NCBI GenBank assembly: GCA_022749815.1
Contig: JAKIWV010000001.1
Location: forward strand, 452,124-516,123
DNA length: 64,000 nt
Direction of reading: 5' to 3'
Source: Thermoplasmata archaeon
GTDB taxonomy: Archaea; Thermoplasmatota; Thermoplasmata; Lutacidiplasmatales; UBA184
The notes beneath the pieces were generated by a model. It worked only from the letters and a program-made list of their open reading frames with translations. It had not been told where the DNA came from and made no database searches. Both the position numbers and the translations under genes were made by a program. The stretch's first letter is position 1; the number at the start of each line of letters is the position of its first letter. Below are positions 9,574 to 20,608 of this stretch, piece after piece.

Positions 9574-10446
9574 ATGGCGCAGAGCGGAAGCGTCGCTCCT
9601 CCCGTGGAAGCCATGCGGATGGGGATCGGCAAGGGGATGTTGGCCGCGGCAATCGTTCTCTCGGTCGTTGTCTCGCTCGGGGCCGGCATCGTAATCGGCA
9701 AGTACGTCCTTTCCACCACGGCCAGCAAACCCACGCTGACAGTGGGCACGAATCTCCCCTTCCCCCCGTTCGAGAGCTACAACGCGAACACCAGTACATT
9801 CTACGGGTTTGACATCGACTTCGCGAGCATGATCGCGAATGCGACCCACCGCACGCTGCACGTCGTGAACTACAACGACTTCTCGGTCCTCCTTACCACC
9901 GTCGGGGCCGGGGGGATCGACATGGCCGCGTCCGGCATTACCGAATCGGGCCCGGTCGGGGCCGCCCGGAATGCCACGATGTCCTTCTCCATACCCTACT
10001 ATAGCGCGAACCAGGCCGTCCTCGTGAAATCCGGGAGTCCCATCACCTGTGCGATTCCCGCCAGTTGCACGGCCAACGATCTGAAGAGTTACAAGGTCGG
10101 GGTGCAGACCGGGACGACCAGCGACGGATGGGCCACTTCCTATCTGGTTCCGAATGAGACCGCGTCCGGAATGGTCCTGCGCTACACGACCGTCGACACC
10201 GAGGTGGCGGCGGTCACTGCCGGTGCGATCGACGTCGTGATCATCGACACCGGGCCGGCGGCCTCGATTGCCGCAGGGTCGAGTGGTGCTCTCAAGGTGG
10301 CCGGGACCATTGTCACCGACGAGCTCTACGGTTTCGCCGTGGCCCACGGCGATCCACAGGATTTGATCCCCGTCATCAACGGCGTGATTTCCACCTCCAT
10401 AACGGATGGAGAGTACGGGAAGCTGATCCACAAGTGGTTCGGCTAG
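9574..10446 (+). CDS. polar amino-acid ABC transporter substrate-binding protein
   Basis: VGTNLPFPPFE, GFDIDFA, FSIPYY, VGVQTGTTS; start may be 9613 or 9619. Confidence 0.9.
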   Translation: MAQSGSVAPPVEAMRMGIGKGMLAAAIVLSVVVSLGAGIVIGKYVLSTTASKPTLTVGTNLPFPPFESYNANTSTFYGFDIDFASMIANATHRTLHVVNYNDFSVLLTTVGAGGIDMAASGITESGPVGAARNATMSFSIPYYSANQAVLVKSGSPITCAIPASCTANDLKSYKVGVQTGTTSDGWATSYLVPNETASGMVLRYTTVDTEVAAVTAGAIDVVIIDTGPAASIAAGSSGALKVAGTIVTDELYGFAVAHGDPQDLIPVINGVISTSITDGEYGKLIHKWFG

Positions 10447-10575
10447 CCCCGACCCGCCGCTTCGTACGACGGGACCCCTATCGGTTTCATCCTCCGCAAG
10501 CATCCCACGGCGTTCCGGTCCTGAGATGGGACTCCGTCCTCAGGCGGAACCGGGTCGCCTAACAGCGAGGGGGTC

Positions 10576-11517
10576 GTGAGCCGAGCAGCCGATAGCGGTG
10601 GAACGCCCTTGACGGCCCCGGTCAGTTCGGCCGGGCCGGGGGGGCCCGGGGGTCTACCCCCTCCCCGGTGGCGCTCGACGGGCGCAGCGCTGGGCCGGAC
10701 CCTCTACCGTTGGTTCCCCCCGGCCCGGCTGGCTCGGATCTGCGTCGCCCTTGCTGGAATCGACGCGGCCGCCGCCGTCGCGCTCTGGCTCGGAGAGCGA
10801 GGATTCTACAGTCTCCCGTTCGCCGCGACGATACTGCCCCAGCTGTTCAGTGGGTTCGAGGTCAGCGCGGAGGCCATCGCGCTCGTGATTCCTCTCGGGT
10901 TCGGGGTGGGGTTCCTGATTGGCTGGGGGCGCACCTCCCGTTCGGTCCTCCTCCGAGGGTTCGGGGCGATGTATGTGGATTTCTTTCGGAGCATGCCACC
11001 GATCGTCCTCATTTTCTTCGCCTCGCTCATCGGTCTCCTCGGCCTCAACTACCTGACGTCGGACCCGTACCTGGCCCACACAGTCGGGTTGTGGTTCGGC
11101 GCCGTCGCCCTCGGCCTGCACACCGCCGCCTACCAGGCCGAGATCGTTCGTGCGGGAATCCTATCGGTCCCCGCCGGCCAGACCGAGGCGACGGACTCGA
11201 TCGGGCTCTCTCGGACCCAGTCGATGTTTCTCGTGGTCCTTCCTCAGGCGTTCCGGGTCTCGCTGCCGGCCCTCGGGAACGAATTCTCCTCGGTCATCAA
11301 AGACACCTCCCTTCTGAGCCTCATTGGTTGGCTAGAAATCACCGGGAGCGGGTACAACGAGCTCTTCCCGTCCTTGCATTACGGCCTCCAAGGGCCGCTC
11401 ATCCTCTGGATCGAGGTGGCGATTTTCTATTTCATCCTGACCTTCTTGCTCACGAGCGCGGTCCGGTCCCTCGAGAACGTGTCTCGGGTCCCCGGGCTGG
11501 AGGCGGCGCAGTCGTGA
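10576..11517 (+). CDS. amino-acid ABC transporter permease
   Basis: [35 protein letters not shown]. Confidence 0.9.
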   Translation: MSRAADSGGTPLTAPVSSAGPGGPGGLPPPRWRSTGAALGRTLYRWFPPARLARICVALAGIDAAAAVALWLGERGFYSLPFAATILPQLFSGFEVSAEAIALVIPLGFGVGFLIGWGRTSRSVLLRGFGAMYVDFFRSMPPIVLIFFASLIGLLGLNYLTSDPYLAHTVGLWFGAVALGLHTAAYQAEIVRAGILSVPAGQTEATDSIGLSRTQSMFLVVLPQAFRVSLPALGNEFSSVIKDTSLLSLIGWLEITGSGYNELFPSLHYGLQGPLILWIEVAIFYFILTFLLTSAVRSLENVSRVPGLEAAQS

Positions 11518-12245
11518 CCGTTCTCCGGGTCCGGGCGCTGAACAAATCGTTCGGCGACCTGCACGTATTGCACGACGTCGACCTCGACGTCGAGAAGGGC
11601 GAGGTGCTCTGCATCATCGGACCTTCGGGCTCGGGGAAATCCACTCTCTTGCGGTGCACCAACTTGCTCATTCCCCCTGACTCGGGGGAGGTATTCCTGG
11701 ACGGCGTGCGGGTGAACGACCCCGCGGTCCGGCCGGAATGGGTCCGGCAACAGATCGGGACCGTCTTTCAATCGTTCAACCTCTTCACGCACCTGACGGC
11801 GGTCCGCAACGTCATGCTCGGGCTGGTCCACGTCAAGAAGATGGACCGGAAGTCCGCGCGAGTAAAGGCGGTCCTCGAGCTCGAGCGGGTGGGACTGAAG
11901 GACAAGCTCGACGCCTACCCGGCGCAGCTCTCGGGAGGGCAGCAGCAGCGCGTCGCGATCGCCCGCGCGCTCGCGATGGACCCGAAGGTGATGCTGTTCG
12001 ACGAGCCAACCTCCGCACTGGACCCGGAGTTCATCCATGAGGTCTTGGACGCGATGGGCCAGCTCGCCCGCGACGGCATGACGATGGTCGTGGTCAGTCA
12101 CGAGATGGGATTCGCCCGGGAGGCGGCTCACGCGATCGCGTTCATGGACCACGGCCGGATTCTCGAACAGGGAACGCCCGAGGAGATCTTCGACCGACCC
12201 GGCCATGAGCGGACCAAGGCCTTCGTCGGAAAGATCCTGAGGTGA
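11514..12245 (+). CDS. glnQ: amino-acid ABC transporter ATP-binding protein
   Basis: [35 protein letters not shown]; GTG overlaps the upstream stop. Confidence 0.92.
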   Translation: MTVLRVRALNKSFGDLHVLHDVDLDVEKGEVLCIIGPSGSGKSTLLRCTNLLIPPDSGEVFLDGVRVNDPAVRPEWVRQQIGTVFQSFNLFTHLTAVRNVMLGLVHVKKMDRKSARVKAVLELERVGLKDKLDAYPAQLSGGQQQRVAIARALAMDPKVMLFDEPTSALDPEFIHEVLDAMGQLARDGMTMVVVSHEMGFAREAAHAIAFMDHGRILEQGTPEEIFDRPGHERTKAFVGKILR

Positions 12246-13228
12246 CCGCGACCGTGCAACCGCCCCTCCCGGACGATCTCGACAGGTCCGTTCCACCGGC
12301 CCCGCCGGACGGCCCGCGAGCTCCGGGCCGGATTCGGACGGCCTTCGAAGGTCCGGGAAGGCCCTGGATCCTCGGGGCAGCGACCTTGGCGGGGGGTGCG
12401 GCGGCGTTCTTCCTCATGGGAGCCATTGGGCTGTTCAATATCCCGTTCATCCTTCGAGAACTTCCTCAGGGCCTGGGGCCTGCAGAAACCTCGTTGGGGC
12501 TGACTATGCTTGCGTTCGCTTTCGGGTTCTTTCTGGCGCAACCTCTCGCGATAGTGCGCGCGTTCGGACCGGCCCGGTGGTCCCGGACGGTGACCGCCAC
12601 TTCCCCCCTGGGTCTCAAAGGCCGCGCGGCGAACGTCCTCGTTCGAGCGGCCTATGGGGTCGCTACGGGGTATGTCGCGATCATCCGAGGCACTCCGGCT
12701 CTGGTGCAGATCCTTCTGGTGTACTACGTTTTTCTGTTCACCGAGCCGACGCTCGTGCTGTTCGGGGAGTCGTCCGCCTTCTGGGCCGGGTTGGTCGCTC
12801 TCACGATCAACACGACCGGCTACCAGGCCGAGGCGCTGCGCGGCGGATTCCAATCCGTGGACCGAACCCAGGTCGATGCCGGCCGGTCCCTCGGCATGTC
12901 CACCGTCCAGATCTTCGGACGCGTCACCCTTCCCCAAGGGTTGCGCCTGGTCACGCTGCCCCTCGCGAACGAATGGATCAGCACGTTCAAGACGAGCACG
13001 CTCCTGAGCTACATCACCATCCTCGAGCTGTTCGGGTGGGCTCGGTCGTCGGTCGCGTACTACTTGGGGCGGCCGCTGGAAGCGTTCGTCATCCTCACGA
13101 TTTTCTACCTTGCCATCAACATCACGGTGAGCCGGTCCATCACATACATCGAGAAACGTCGCCGGATCCCGGGACTCGGCTCCCTCGCGCCCGAACTGCC
13201 ACTCCGTCCCGCTCGGAGGGCCGCCTAG
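12242..13228 (+). CDS. amino-acid ABC transporter permease
   Basis: [30 protein letters not shown]. Confidence 0.9.
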   Translation: MTATVQPPLPDDLDRSVPPAPPDGPRAPGRIRTAFEGPGRPWILGAATLAGGAAAFFLMGAIGLFNIPFILRELPQGLGPAETSLGLTMLAFAFGFFLAQPLAIVRAFGPARWSRTVTATSPLGLKGRAANVLVRAAYGVATGYVAIIRGTPALVQILLVYYVFLFTEPTLVLFGESSAFWAGLVALTINTTGYQAEALRGGFQSVDRTQVDAGRSLGMSTVQIFGRVTLPQGLRLVTLPLANEWISTFKTSTLLSYITILELFGWARSSVAYYLGRPLEAFVILTIFYLAINITVSRSITYIEKRRRIPGLGSLAPELPLRPARRAA

Positions 13229-13456
13229 GGCCGGCCCCCGCCCTTACCGGCTCTGGCGGAGACCTCCGGAGGGGTCTACGGAAGGCGCCCGGAGTCGCAG
13301 AGGGGTAGGGACCCACCGGGCAGCTCCCCCGAGATCGATGCTCGATTCCCCCACGAGCTCCCCCCGGTCCGTGCTACTCAGTGGGGTGGCTAGCCCGACG
13401 GTCGGTATCCTTTCGTGCCCAACTCCCTTCAAGTAAGCCGGCGTGCTAGCCCGCCC

Positions 13457-13891
13457 ATGGTACATATCGAGGATTTGGGAAGCCACTTCGACGCGCCGCT
13501 CGAAACCGTCTGGAAGTTCATCGACTCGCCGGTGGATCACGGCGAATCCCATGCGAATCGACGTAATCTTCGCGCCGAGCCCGATGGCGAGAATCGGATG
13601 AAGACCTCTTGGGAGCAGAACGTTCAGGGAAACTGGGTCAAAGTGTCGAACCGCGTGACCATGTTCCCTCCCGTGGCGATGCTCATCCAGTCGATGGAGG
13701 GACCCCTCGCGGGATCAAAGTTCATGTTCTACTACACCCCGAAGGGAGAGAAGACCGGTATCAACGTCATCGGGGACTTCCATTCCAAGATGGTCCCACC
13801 GGCCGAGCTGGAGAAGGTCGTGCTGGGCAACCTCGAGACCGCGTTCAACGAGGACTCGGCCGCCATCCGTAAGATGGCGGCGAAAAAATAA
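13457..13891 (+). CDS. SRPBCC/START-like ligand-binding protein
   Basis: SHFDAPLETVWKF N-terminus and C-terminal helix typical of the fold. Confidence 0.65.
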   Translation: MVHIEDLGSHFDAPLETVWKFIDSPVDHGESHANRRNLRAEPDGENRMKTSWEQNVQGNWVKVSNRVTMFPPVAMLIQSMEGPLAGSKFMFYYTPKGEKTGINVIGDFHSKMVPPAELEKVVLGNLETAFNEDSAAIRKMAAKK

Positions 13892-13996
13892 GCGACCCTC
13901 CGAGGGTGGGGCCACCGGGCCGGGACGGCACTCCCGGGCCGAATCTGGGCCCACGGTTCCCGTGTTGGCCGCTCGCGTTTGACGTCGGAAGCGCGG

Positions 13997-14491
13997 TTAG
14001 GGCGCGTCGCGCCGAAGGATCAACTCCGAAATCATCTTGCCGCGTGCGGGCGCGAAACCTCTCGCCCGGCCGACCACCGTAAACCCGCACTTCTCCAACA
14101 GCCGGACGGAGGCAAAGTCGTCCCTCGCTCCGCGGAAAAAGAGAGGGCGGACGTGGACCAACCGGAGAAACTTCTGTAGTGCCCTGGGAGCCACCCCCCT
14201 ACCCCAGACCCCGCGGTCGAACCAATAGGCAACGGAGGATTTCCCGAAGAGTTCGAAGAATACCACATTCCACAACACGCGACCGTGGACAAGAACGGTC
14301 CTCCAGACGATGTTCGGGTCCCGGAAGACCTTGGTCCAATGCGCCACGACTGCCGCCCGGTCCGTCGGGTCTTTGGCGGTGATGGCCGCCAGGCGATTAC
14401 CCACGGGGTCCAGTTGATGCTCGAAGAACGTCGGAAGGTCGGAAGCCTTCACCTTCCGGAGCCGGATCTTGTCAGAGACCCTACCAGCCAC
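13997..14491 (-). CDS. GNAT (RimJ/RimL-type) acetyltransferase
   Basis: IRLRKV, YWFDRGVWGRGVA, ASVRLLEKCGF; several consensus positions look degenerate. Confidence 0.75.
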   Translation of the reverse strand: MAGRVSDKIRLRKVKASDLPTFFEHQLDPVGNRLAAITAKDPTDRAAVVAHWTKVFRDPNIVWRTVLVHGRVLWNVVFFELFGKSSVAYWFDRGVWGRGVAPRALQKFLRLVHVRPLFFRGARDDFASVRLLEKCGFTVVGRARGFAPARGKMISELILRRDAP

Positions 14492-14752
14492 AGGTTTCCG
14501 TTTCCTGACTCGGGGCCCATTCAACGCAGTCTCCGTCTCGCATGCGACCGTGGAGCTCCGGAGGATCCACAGATGGCTCGGGGGATTCCCGTCCGCCGAG
14601 GCATCCGAACGGATGCGGGAAAGGGACATCCCATACAATCTCCGAGCCCTGCCCAGTAGGGGGGTGCAAGAAAGCCCGCCCGTCATTCGACGGTGGTGAC
14701 CGGGCAGTTCGCGCCGGCAGGATATATGCGTGCGCGTCGCATGGTTCCTGTC

Positions 14753-15148
14753 ATGCCGAAGGTCAAAGTCGAATTCGTCTACAGCGGTCTCAGGGTTCGC
14801 GACCTCCCGCGATCCCTGCGATTCTACCGGAAGATCGGTTTCCGGATCCACAATCGGGGTACGATGGGGCATGGCGGGCGCTGGGTTCACCTCATTTTCC
14901 CCGGCGCCGTGCAACGCGTGGAACTCAACTACTACCCACAATCGACCCGCTACTACGAACCCTTTCGGAAAGGAACGGAGTTCGACCATCTCGGGTTCCG
15001 CGTATCCGATGTAGAAGCGTGGGAGAGCGACCTTCGCCGCCGGAAGCTCCCGATCGTAGCCCGAATCCGGGAAAAACATGAAAACATAGTCTACACCCGC
15101 GACCCTGACGGCAACTGGCTCGAGTTCTTCGGTCCGGTTCCGGAATGA
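14753..15148 (+). CDS. VOC/glyoxalase family protein
   Basis: GLRVRDLPRSLRFY, DHLGFRVSD, RDPDGNWLE. Confidence 0.88.
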   Translation: MPKVKVEFVYSGLRVRDLPRSLRFYRKIGFRIHNRGTMGHGGRWVHLIFPGAVQRVELNYYPQSTRYYEPFRKGTEFDHLGFRVSDVEAWESDLRRRKLPIVARIREKHENIVYTRDPDGNWLEFFGPVPE

Positions 15149-15424
15149 ACGTCCCTCTGATTTTCATCCCCCCTCCTCACCTCTCACGAAGGGCATGGAG
15201 GGTGAGGGCGAAACCACCTGGGGTTCTACCCCAACTCGACCCAGCAGCGGCAACTTCGGCCGAGAGGAGTTCGCCGCACAGTCCGGTCAGGAGGCCGCCG
15301 CACGTCGCCTGTGTCCCCCGGCCCTCTTGAAGGAGCCACGACTCGGCGGGTCCGACCCGCCGCCTGCGGCTGCCTAAGTACCCGCCGCTCCCACCGGGAA
15401 TCGCCCTTTCACACACCCCGGTCG

Positions 15425-16453
15425 TTAGGAAATGGTTCGAACGGTCGGCTTCGGGGTCTCTGATCCCGCGGTGACGTGGCTGTCCTGTTCCACGTTGATG
15501 ACCACCTTTCCTCGAGCGTGTCCTTCGATGAGATACCTCAGAGCGTCCGGAACCTGATTCAATGGGTAGCGCCTGTCGATCACCGGAATTAATATCCCGG
15601 TATCCAGGAGCTCCTTGAGGACAACCAGGTCTCCTTTGTTGACTTTCGCGACGAAGAACTTCGTCCTGGGCCCCACGATTCGCGCTCCGAGTGTGGTCTT
15701 GATCAACCGGAGGAGGAGTCGGGAGACCGTACCTGGCCCTGCCCCGACAATCAACAGCAGTCCGTGAGGATCGAGGACCCCCCGGTACGCCGCCAGCGAG
15801 TGGTTCAGTTGGGTATCGAAGATGACGTCGTAGCGCTGGCCGCTCTTGGTGAAGTCCTCCCGGGAGTAATCGAAAATTCGATCGACTCCGAGGGACCTGA
15901 CCAACTCCACGTTCCGGGGGCTGCAGACACAGCTAACCTCTGAGCCAAGGGACTTGGCGATCTGCACGGCGAAGGTACCGACCCCACCCGACGCACCATT
16001 GATCAGAACCCGATGGCCCGGCCGTACCTGGGCCTTATCGCGGAGGCCTTGAAGGGCCGTGGTGGCTGCGATGGGTACGGCTGCGGCCTGTTCAAAGGTC
16101 AGCCGGGTCGGTTTCAGCGCCACTTCGGTTTCGTCGGCGATAGCGTACTCACCAAATGCGCCACGGCCCACGCCGAAGACCTCGTCCCCCACACGAAGCT
16201 CCTTCACGCCCGTACCGACCACCTCCACACGGCCGGCCAAATCGAGTCCGGGACGTCCCACCTTCGGTCGGAGGAAGCCCTGCCGTCTCCGGAAGATGAG
16301 CGGTGGGTTCAGCTGGTGTCGGTCGGCAGGGTTTACCGAGGCCCCGTAGACGCGGACCAACACTTCGTGATCGTCCCTGAAGGCGGGGAACGGGACATCT
16401 CGGAGTGTCAGACCCTCCGGGGGACCGTAACGATCGAGGATCCACGCCTTCAT
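15425..16453 (-). CDS. NAD(P)-dependent quinone oxidoreductase-like MDR protein
   Basis: MKAWILDRYGPPE, ASVNPAD, NGASGGVGTFAVQIAK, HARGKVVI. Confidence 0.9.
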   Translation of the reverse strand: MKAWILDRYGPPEGLTLRDVPFPAFRDDHEVLVRVYGASVNPADRHQLNPPLIFRRRQGFLRPKVGRPGLDLAGRVEVVGTGVKELRVGDEVFGVGRGAFGEYAIADETEVALKPTRLTFEQAAAVPIAATTALQGLRDKAQVRPGHRVLINGASGGVGTFAVQIAKSLGSEVSCVCSPRNVELVRSLGVDRIFDYSREDFTKSGQRYDVIFDTQLNHSLAAYRGVLDPHGLLLIVGAGPGTVSRLLLRLIKTTLGARIVGPRTKFFVAKVNKGDLVVLKELLDTGILIPVIDRRYPLNQVPDALRYLIEGHARGKVVINVEQDSHVTAGSETPKPTVRTIS

Positions 16454-16878
16454 CGTACGGAGTGGAGCGGCGGTGGAAGTTGACACGTCCTTCCTCATCC
16501 CGGGATCCGGCGAGAAGTATTCGAGGTTTCGGAGGCCGGAACTACCGAATAGTTCAAATCCCCCCCAGCACGGCCAGAGGGTGATTTGGGCTCCCCCGCG
16601 GGGAGTCCCCCCATAAGTCAATCCCGTCGATACCCATCGATTCGAATAGTCGACACCAAGAATTCTTGTCACAGGGGGCGCCCTTTTCCGGCGGGAAAGT
16701 CGGATGCGCCCGGGAGACGAACCCGCTCAACCCCCGGTGAAAGGCGGAATAGTTCGGCGACCGGTCGAGATGACGGCTTAGTGGGGCCCTCGACCGCATG
16801 TCTCTTGACTTCCGCTGGGGTCAGTCCCGGAGAAGAGGCGGTTCAAGATTGACAGACTCTCACAGACTTGCCGCCCCG

Positions 16879-17442
16879 ATGACCGACGATCAGATTCGGC
16901 AAGCTACGATCGGTGAACCCGCGCACCTCGACGGCCCAGTCCTACTCGTGGAATACGACCCGATGTGGCCCCAACAGTTCGCACGCGAGACCGAACGGAT
17001 CCAGGCGGCTCTGGACGCCCGAGCGATTCGGGTCGAACACGTCGGCTCCACCGCAGTACCCGGGCTCGTGGCCAAGCCGATCATCGACATCCTGCTCGTC
17101 GTCGCTAACTCCGCCGACGAGTCCTCGTATGTCCCGGCCCTCGAAGCGGCCGGCTATGTTCTCCGACATCGGGAGCCTGGCTGGCACGAACATCGCATGT
17201 TCAAAGGACCCGACATCGACGTCAATCTGCACGTCTTTTCGTCGGGGTCAAGCGAGATCGGGAGGATGCTAAACATGAGGGACCGACTGCGCGCAAGTCG
17301 GGCTGCCCGTGACCTGTACGCTCAGACCAAGCGGAATCTCGCGAGACGGACCTGGAAGTACCAGCAGAATTACGCGGACGCGAAGGCCGAAGTCATCGAG
17401 GCAATCCTTTCAGGGGCGAACCGTTCGTCCACCACGACGTAA
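16879..17442 (+). CDS. GrpB family (UPF0157) protein
   Basis: EHVGSTAVPGLVAKPIIDI, NLHVF, YADAK. Confidence 0.9.
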   Translation: MTDDQIRQATIGEPAHLDGPVLLVEYDPMWPQQFARETERIQAALDARAIRVEHVGSTAVPGLVAKPIIDILLVVANSADESSYVPALEAAGYVLRHREPGWHEHRMFKGPDIDVNLHVFSSGSSEIGRMLNMRDRLRASRAARDLYAQTKRNLARRTWKYQQNYADAKAEVIEAILSGANRSSTTT

Positions 17443-17562
17443 GGGACACCGCGCTCCGGGCTCCATCCCGGTTCGCCGGCTCAGCATTCGTAAGACCCAA
17501 CCTTTGCCAAACCACTCATTTCCGGAGGGGGGTTTCACTTTCCCCAGGAGCTCAAATCCATC

Positions 17563-17600
17563 TTGTCGGAGGGGGACATTACTGAATTCTTCATATCCCC
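17563..17600. repeat. att-like repeat copy A (tRNA-Met 3' core plus arm)
   Basis: ttgtcggagggggacattactgaattcttcatatcccc; 37/38 identical to 19991-20028; core tgtcggaggggg equals the tRNA-Met 3' end. Confidence 0.8.
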
Positions 17601-17729
17601 CACATGGCGGCTGCGGGGCGATTTATCCGTCAGAGCGGGTCCATCCCTACGTAATCCCTTCGTCAAAAATTGGTTCGAGCAGTCAACGGTGGGGCTCCCG
17701 GTCACAAAGCGTGCCCGTTTCGAACTCCC

Positions 17730-19649
17730 TTACCTGACGCGCGCCTGCCTCCGACCGAGTAGCAGCCCGAGGACCGCTCCTGTCACTCCGACGGCCGCGA
17801 GGCCTCCCAGAAGGAAGTAGCCCTCGGCTCCGGGGAGTCCGAGGAGCCCCGGGCTTGGGGAAAGAGGGACACGAGAGAACATGACCGACGGAGTTACGTC
17901 GAATCCCTTCACGGTCACCGACCCGGATATGGGGGCGACGGCATAGCCACTCACCGATCCGATCGTGTACACATACGTCCCGTTGGGCTCCGCGAGCGTG
18001 ATGGTGTAGGAAGTCGAATTCTGCGGCGCCCCGTTCACTGTCACCGACCAACTGGTCCCCGACGGGAGGCCCGTCTCTGTGAAAGTCACGATGTACGTCG
18101 CCGGGGTCCATGCGACCGCGACCCCGGCCGGGCCGCCTTGCACCAGGACGCTTCCGCGGTACATCGCTGCGGTCGAGCCGGCAAGCGGGGCGATGGTAAA
18201 CGTATACGTCCCGTTGGGCTCTTGGAACTTGATCATCGTCGCGGCGGAACCTCCCGTCATCCCGTGCAGCGTCACCAACCAGATGGTTCCCGACGGCAGG
18301 CCGGTCTCCGTGAAGGTTACCGGATACTTCGGCGCCACTTTCCAGCCGGACGCCATCAACCCGTTTCCGTCGATTCCCGTCACGTTACTCGAACCGAAGT
18401 TCGCCACATACAGATACCCGTTCGAGGGGTCAAACGCGATTCCAATGGGGCCGTTCCCCACTCCGAGGCTCGGACCCACCACCCTATCCGGCGCCCCGTC
18501 GATCGCCACCACATTCTGCGAATTTACGTTCGTCACGTACAGATACCCGTTCGACGGGTCATACGCGATCTCATCGGGACCGGTCCCCACCCCGATGCTC
18601 GGTACCACCACCTGGTTCGTTGCCCCATCGATCACCGTCACGTTGTTCGAACCGGCGTTCGCCACATACAGGTCCCCGTTCGAGGGGTCATACGCGATCC
18701 CATTGGGGCCGGACCCCGCGCCGATGCTCGGCACCACCACTTGGTTCGTCGCCCCATCGATCACCGTCACGTTGCTCGAACCGGCGTTGGCCACATAGAG
18801 AAACCCATTTGACTGATCATATTCGATTCCATAGGGGGCGGACCCGACTCCCAAGCTCCGCACCACCACCTGGTTCGTCGCCCCATTGATCACCGTCATG
18901 TTGTTCGAAACGGAGTTCGTGACATACAAGTTCCCGTTCGACGCATCATACACGATCCCAAAGGGGGCGGTGCCCACGCCGATGCTCGGCACCACTACCT
19001 GGTTCGTCGCCCCATCGATTACCGTCACGTCGTTCGAACCGGCGTTCGCGACATACACGTCCCCGTTCGACGCATCATACGCGATCTCACGGGGACTGTT
19101 CCCCACCCCGACGCTCGGCACCACCACCTGATTCGTGGCCCCATCGATCACCGTCACGCTGTTCGAACCGGCGTTCGCCACATACAGGTCCCCGTTCGAG
19201 CGGTCATACACGATCCCGTAGGGGGCGAATCCCACGCCGATGCTCGGTACCACGACCGTGTTCGGGGCTCCCGCCACATGCACCGTCCCTGTCGCCGCTG
19301 GCTGCACCAACTGCCAGTCGGAGGGGCCGGTGATGGTGTACGCATACGTTCCGTTCGGCTCCGAAAACACGATCGACGACGGCGCGACCCCACTCTGCGT
19401 CTGCCCGTTCAGCGTCGCATTCCACAGCGATCCTGACGGAAGGCCGACCTCGGTGAAAATCTCGGGATACAGCGATGCTGCTCTGGGCGATCCCGGGGCG
19501 GCCATACCGCTCGGCGCATGGATGAAGGTGCCCGCTGAGGTCCTCACGGGTAAGCCCCCGGCGGTCGACGAAAGAATCAATGCCCCGATGGCTATCGTCA
19601 GACCGACGAGGCTCGCGGGACTCCGCGGCATTCCCATCGGAAAGACCAC
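17730..19649 (-). CDS. YVTN beta-propeller surface protein with thermopsin-like Ig modules
   Basis: Signal peptide; about 7 repeats of 42 aa (YDxSNGxLYVANAGSxxVTVIDGATNQVV); FTETGLPSGTxW modules; C-terminal TM. Confidence 0.9.
   Translation of the reverse strand: MVFPMGMPRSPASLVGLTIAIGALILSSTAGGLPVRTSAGTFIHAPSGMAAPGSPRAASLYPEIFTEVGLPSGSLWNATLNGQTQSGVAPSSIVFSEPNGTYAYTITGPSDWQLVQPAATGTVHVAGAPNTVVVPSIGVGFAPYGIVYDRSNGDLYVANAGSNSVTVIDGATNQVVVPSVGVGNSPREIAYDASNGDVYVANAGSNDVTVIDGATNQVVVPSIGVGTAPFGIVYDASNGNLYVTNSVSNNMTVINGATNQVVVRSLGVGSAPYGIEYDQSNGFLYVANAGSSNVTVIDGATNQVVVPSIGAGSGPNGIAYDPSNGDLYVANAGSNNVTVIDGATNQVVVPSIGVGTGPDEIAYDPSNGYLYVTNVNSQNVVAIDGAPDRVVGPSLGVGNGPIGIAFDPSNGYLYVANFGSSNVTGIDGNGLMASGWKVAPKYPVTFTETGLPSGTIWLVTLHGMTGGSAATMIKFQEPNGTYTFTIAPLAGSTAAMYRGSVLVQGGPAGVAVAWTPATYIVTFTETGLPSGTSWSVTVNGAPQNSTSYTITLAEPNGTYVYTIGSVSGYAVAPISGSVTVKGFDVTPSVMFSRVPLSPSPGLLGLPGAEGYFLLGGLAAVGVTGAVLGLLLGRRQARVR
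18370..19260 (-). repeat. ~126-bp tandem repeats encoding YVTN blades
   Basis: Recurrent gccccatcgatcaccgtcacg...gaaccggcgttcgc blocks. Confidence 0.85.
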
Positions 19650-19946
19650 GCCGGCTTCCCCTATGTGCTTGCCTCTTCTCCGACATGAGTGCAGTTCCCT
19701 TTACACCAGCCCACTCGCATGGCGCTTCGTAATAGACCCCGTCTATCGGCGCGACGAGACCCCATGTGACCAATTGAACGGGTGGCTCCCCCCAAGGGCG
19801 GTGTCCTCGTAGGGTGAATGAAATTCAAACTCCTCGGAAAGCGCCTCCGATGACTGACCAAATTGTTCCCTCTGTTGGAGAGCGACCCCACAGAGGGCCC
19901 ACCCGCTTCCTAAGGGCGTTATGATGGGTTCGAATCCCAAACCCTT

Positions 19947-20028
19947 GAATGGTCAACCGTTGACGTTTTTCGGCGAGAAATCGGCAAATGTTGTCGGAGG
20001 GGGACCTTACTGAATTCTTCATATCCCC
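19947..20028. repeat. attP-like junction (both arms plus tRNA core)
   Basis: Left 45 nt align ungapped (31/45) to 24112-24156; right 38 nt match 17563-17600. Confidence 0.75.
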
Positions 20029-20608
20029 AACCTGACCATCATCAGGACAGCGGGATTGCGCAATTACGTGAAAGCGAGATGACTCCACTCGCGCATCCAG
20101 CGGGCCTCCGGAGCGGGGGTGCACCTGGTGCACCCCGGCGGGTGGTGCATGAGGTGCACCTAGCCGCTCCTCATGTGGGGGATCGGGGCCTGGCAGGACA
20201 GGATTCTTCGGATTCTGTACCATGCTATTGAGCGACCCACCTTCCTGATCGAGGGACCCCCGCTTACACAACCCCCTCGTTAGAAAACGGAGCGAGCGGT
20301 TGGACTGATTGTCCGGGGGTAGGCAACCGGCCCTTTTCCGGAAGCAGAGATTGGTTCTGCGTAGCGAGGGCTCGTTTACGCGGCACGCGACCCTCATGAG
20401 CGGAGCGTGCGGTCGGTGGCCGGACCGCGGTCGGCGCGCGAGAAGCTCGCGGGGCGAACCCGAACAAGAAGCGACCGACGAATCTTTTACGGACTCGGCA
20501 TGTTCGGGTTCGATCAACGGGCGGCGGTCGGGAAAGGGCGATGAGGAAACTGAGACAGGCGACTAAAGCTCGAGCCCGATCGTTCGATCATCTACGGGAG
20601 GCGAGGGA

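Larger units (their letters stand above)
17563..19991. mobile_element. mini-island 2 at tRNA-Met (YVTN surface protein cargo, no integrase)
   Basis: Bounded by att-like direct repeats. Confidence 0.55.

Noticed and set aside
13892-17560. Classical integron with attC sites
   Set aside because: No RYYYAAC...GTTRRRY attC structures seen, gene orientation is mixed, and there is no intI.
18370-19260. Regular repeats as a possible CRISPR array
   Set aside because: They are in-frame 126-bp coding repeats of YVTN blades, with no unique spacers and no cas genes.
19926-19938. gggttcgaatccc T-arm-like hairpin as a tRNA
   Set aside because: No acceptor, D or anticodon arms around it.
20116-20136. Palindrome ggggtgcacc-t-ggtgcacccc
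   Set aside because: Single copy with no associated feature; function cannot be supported.
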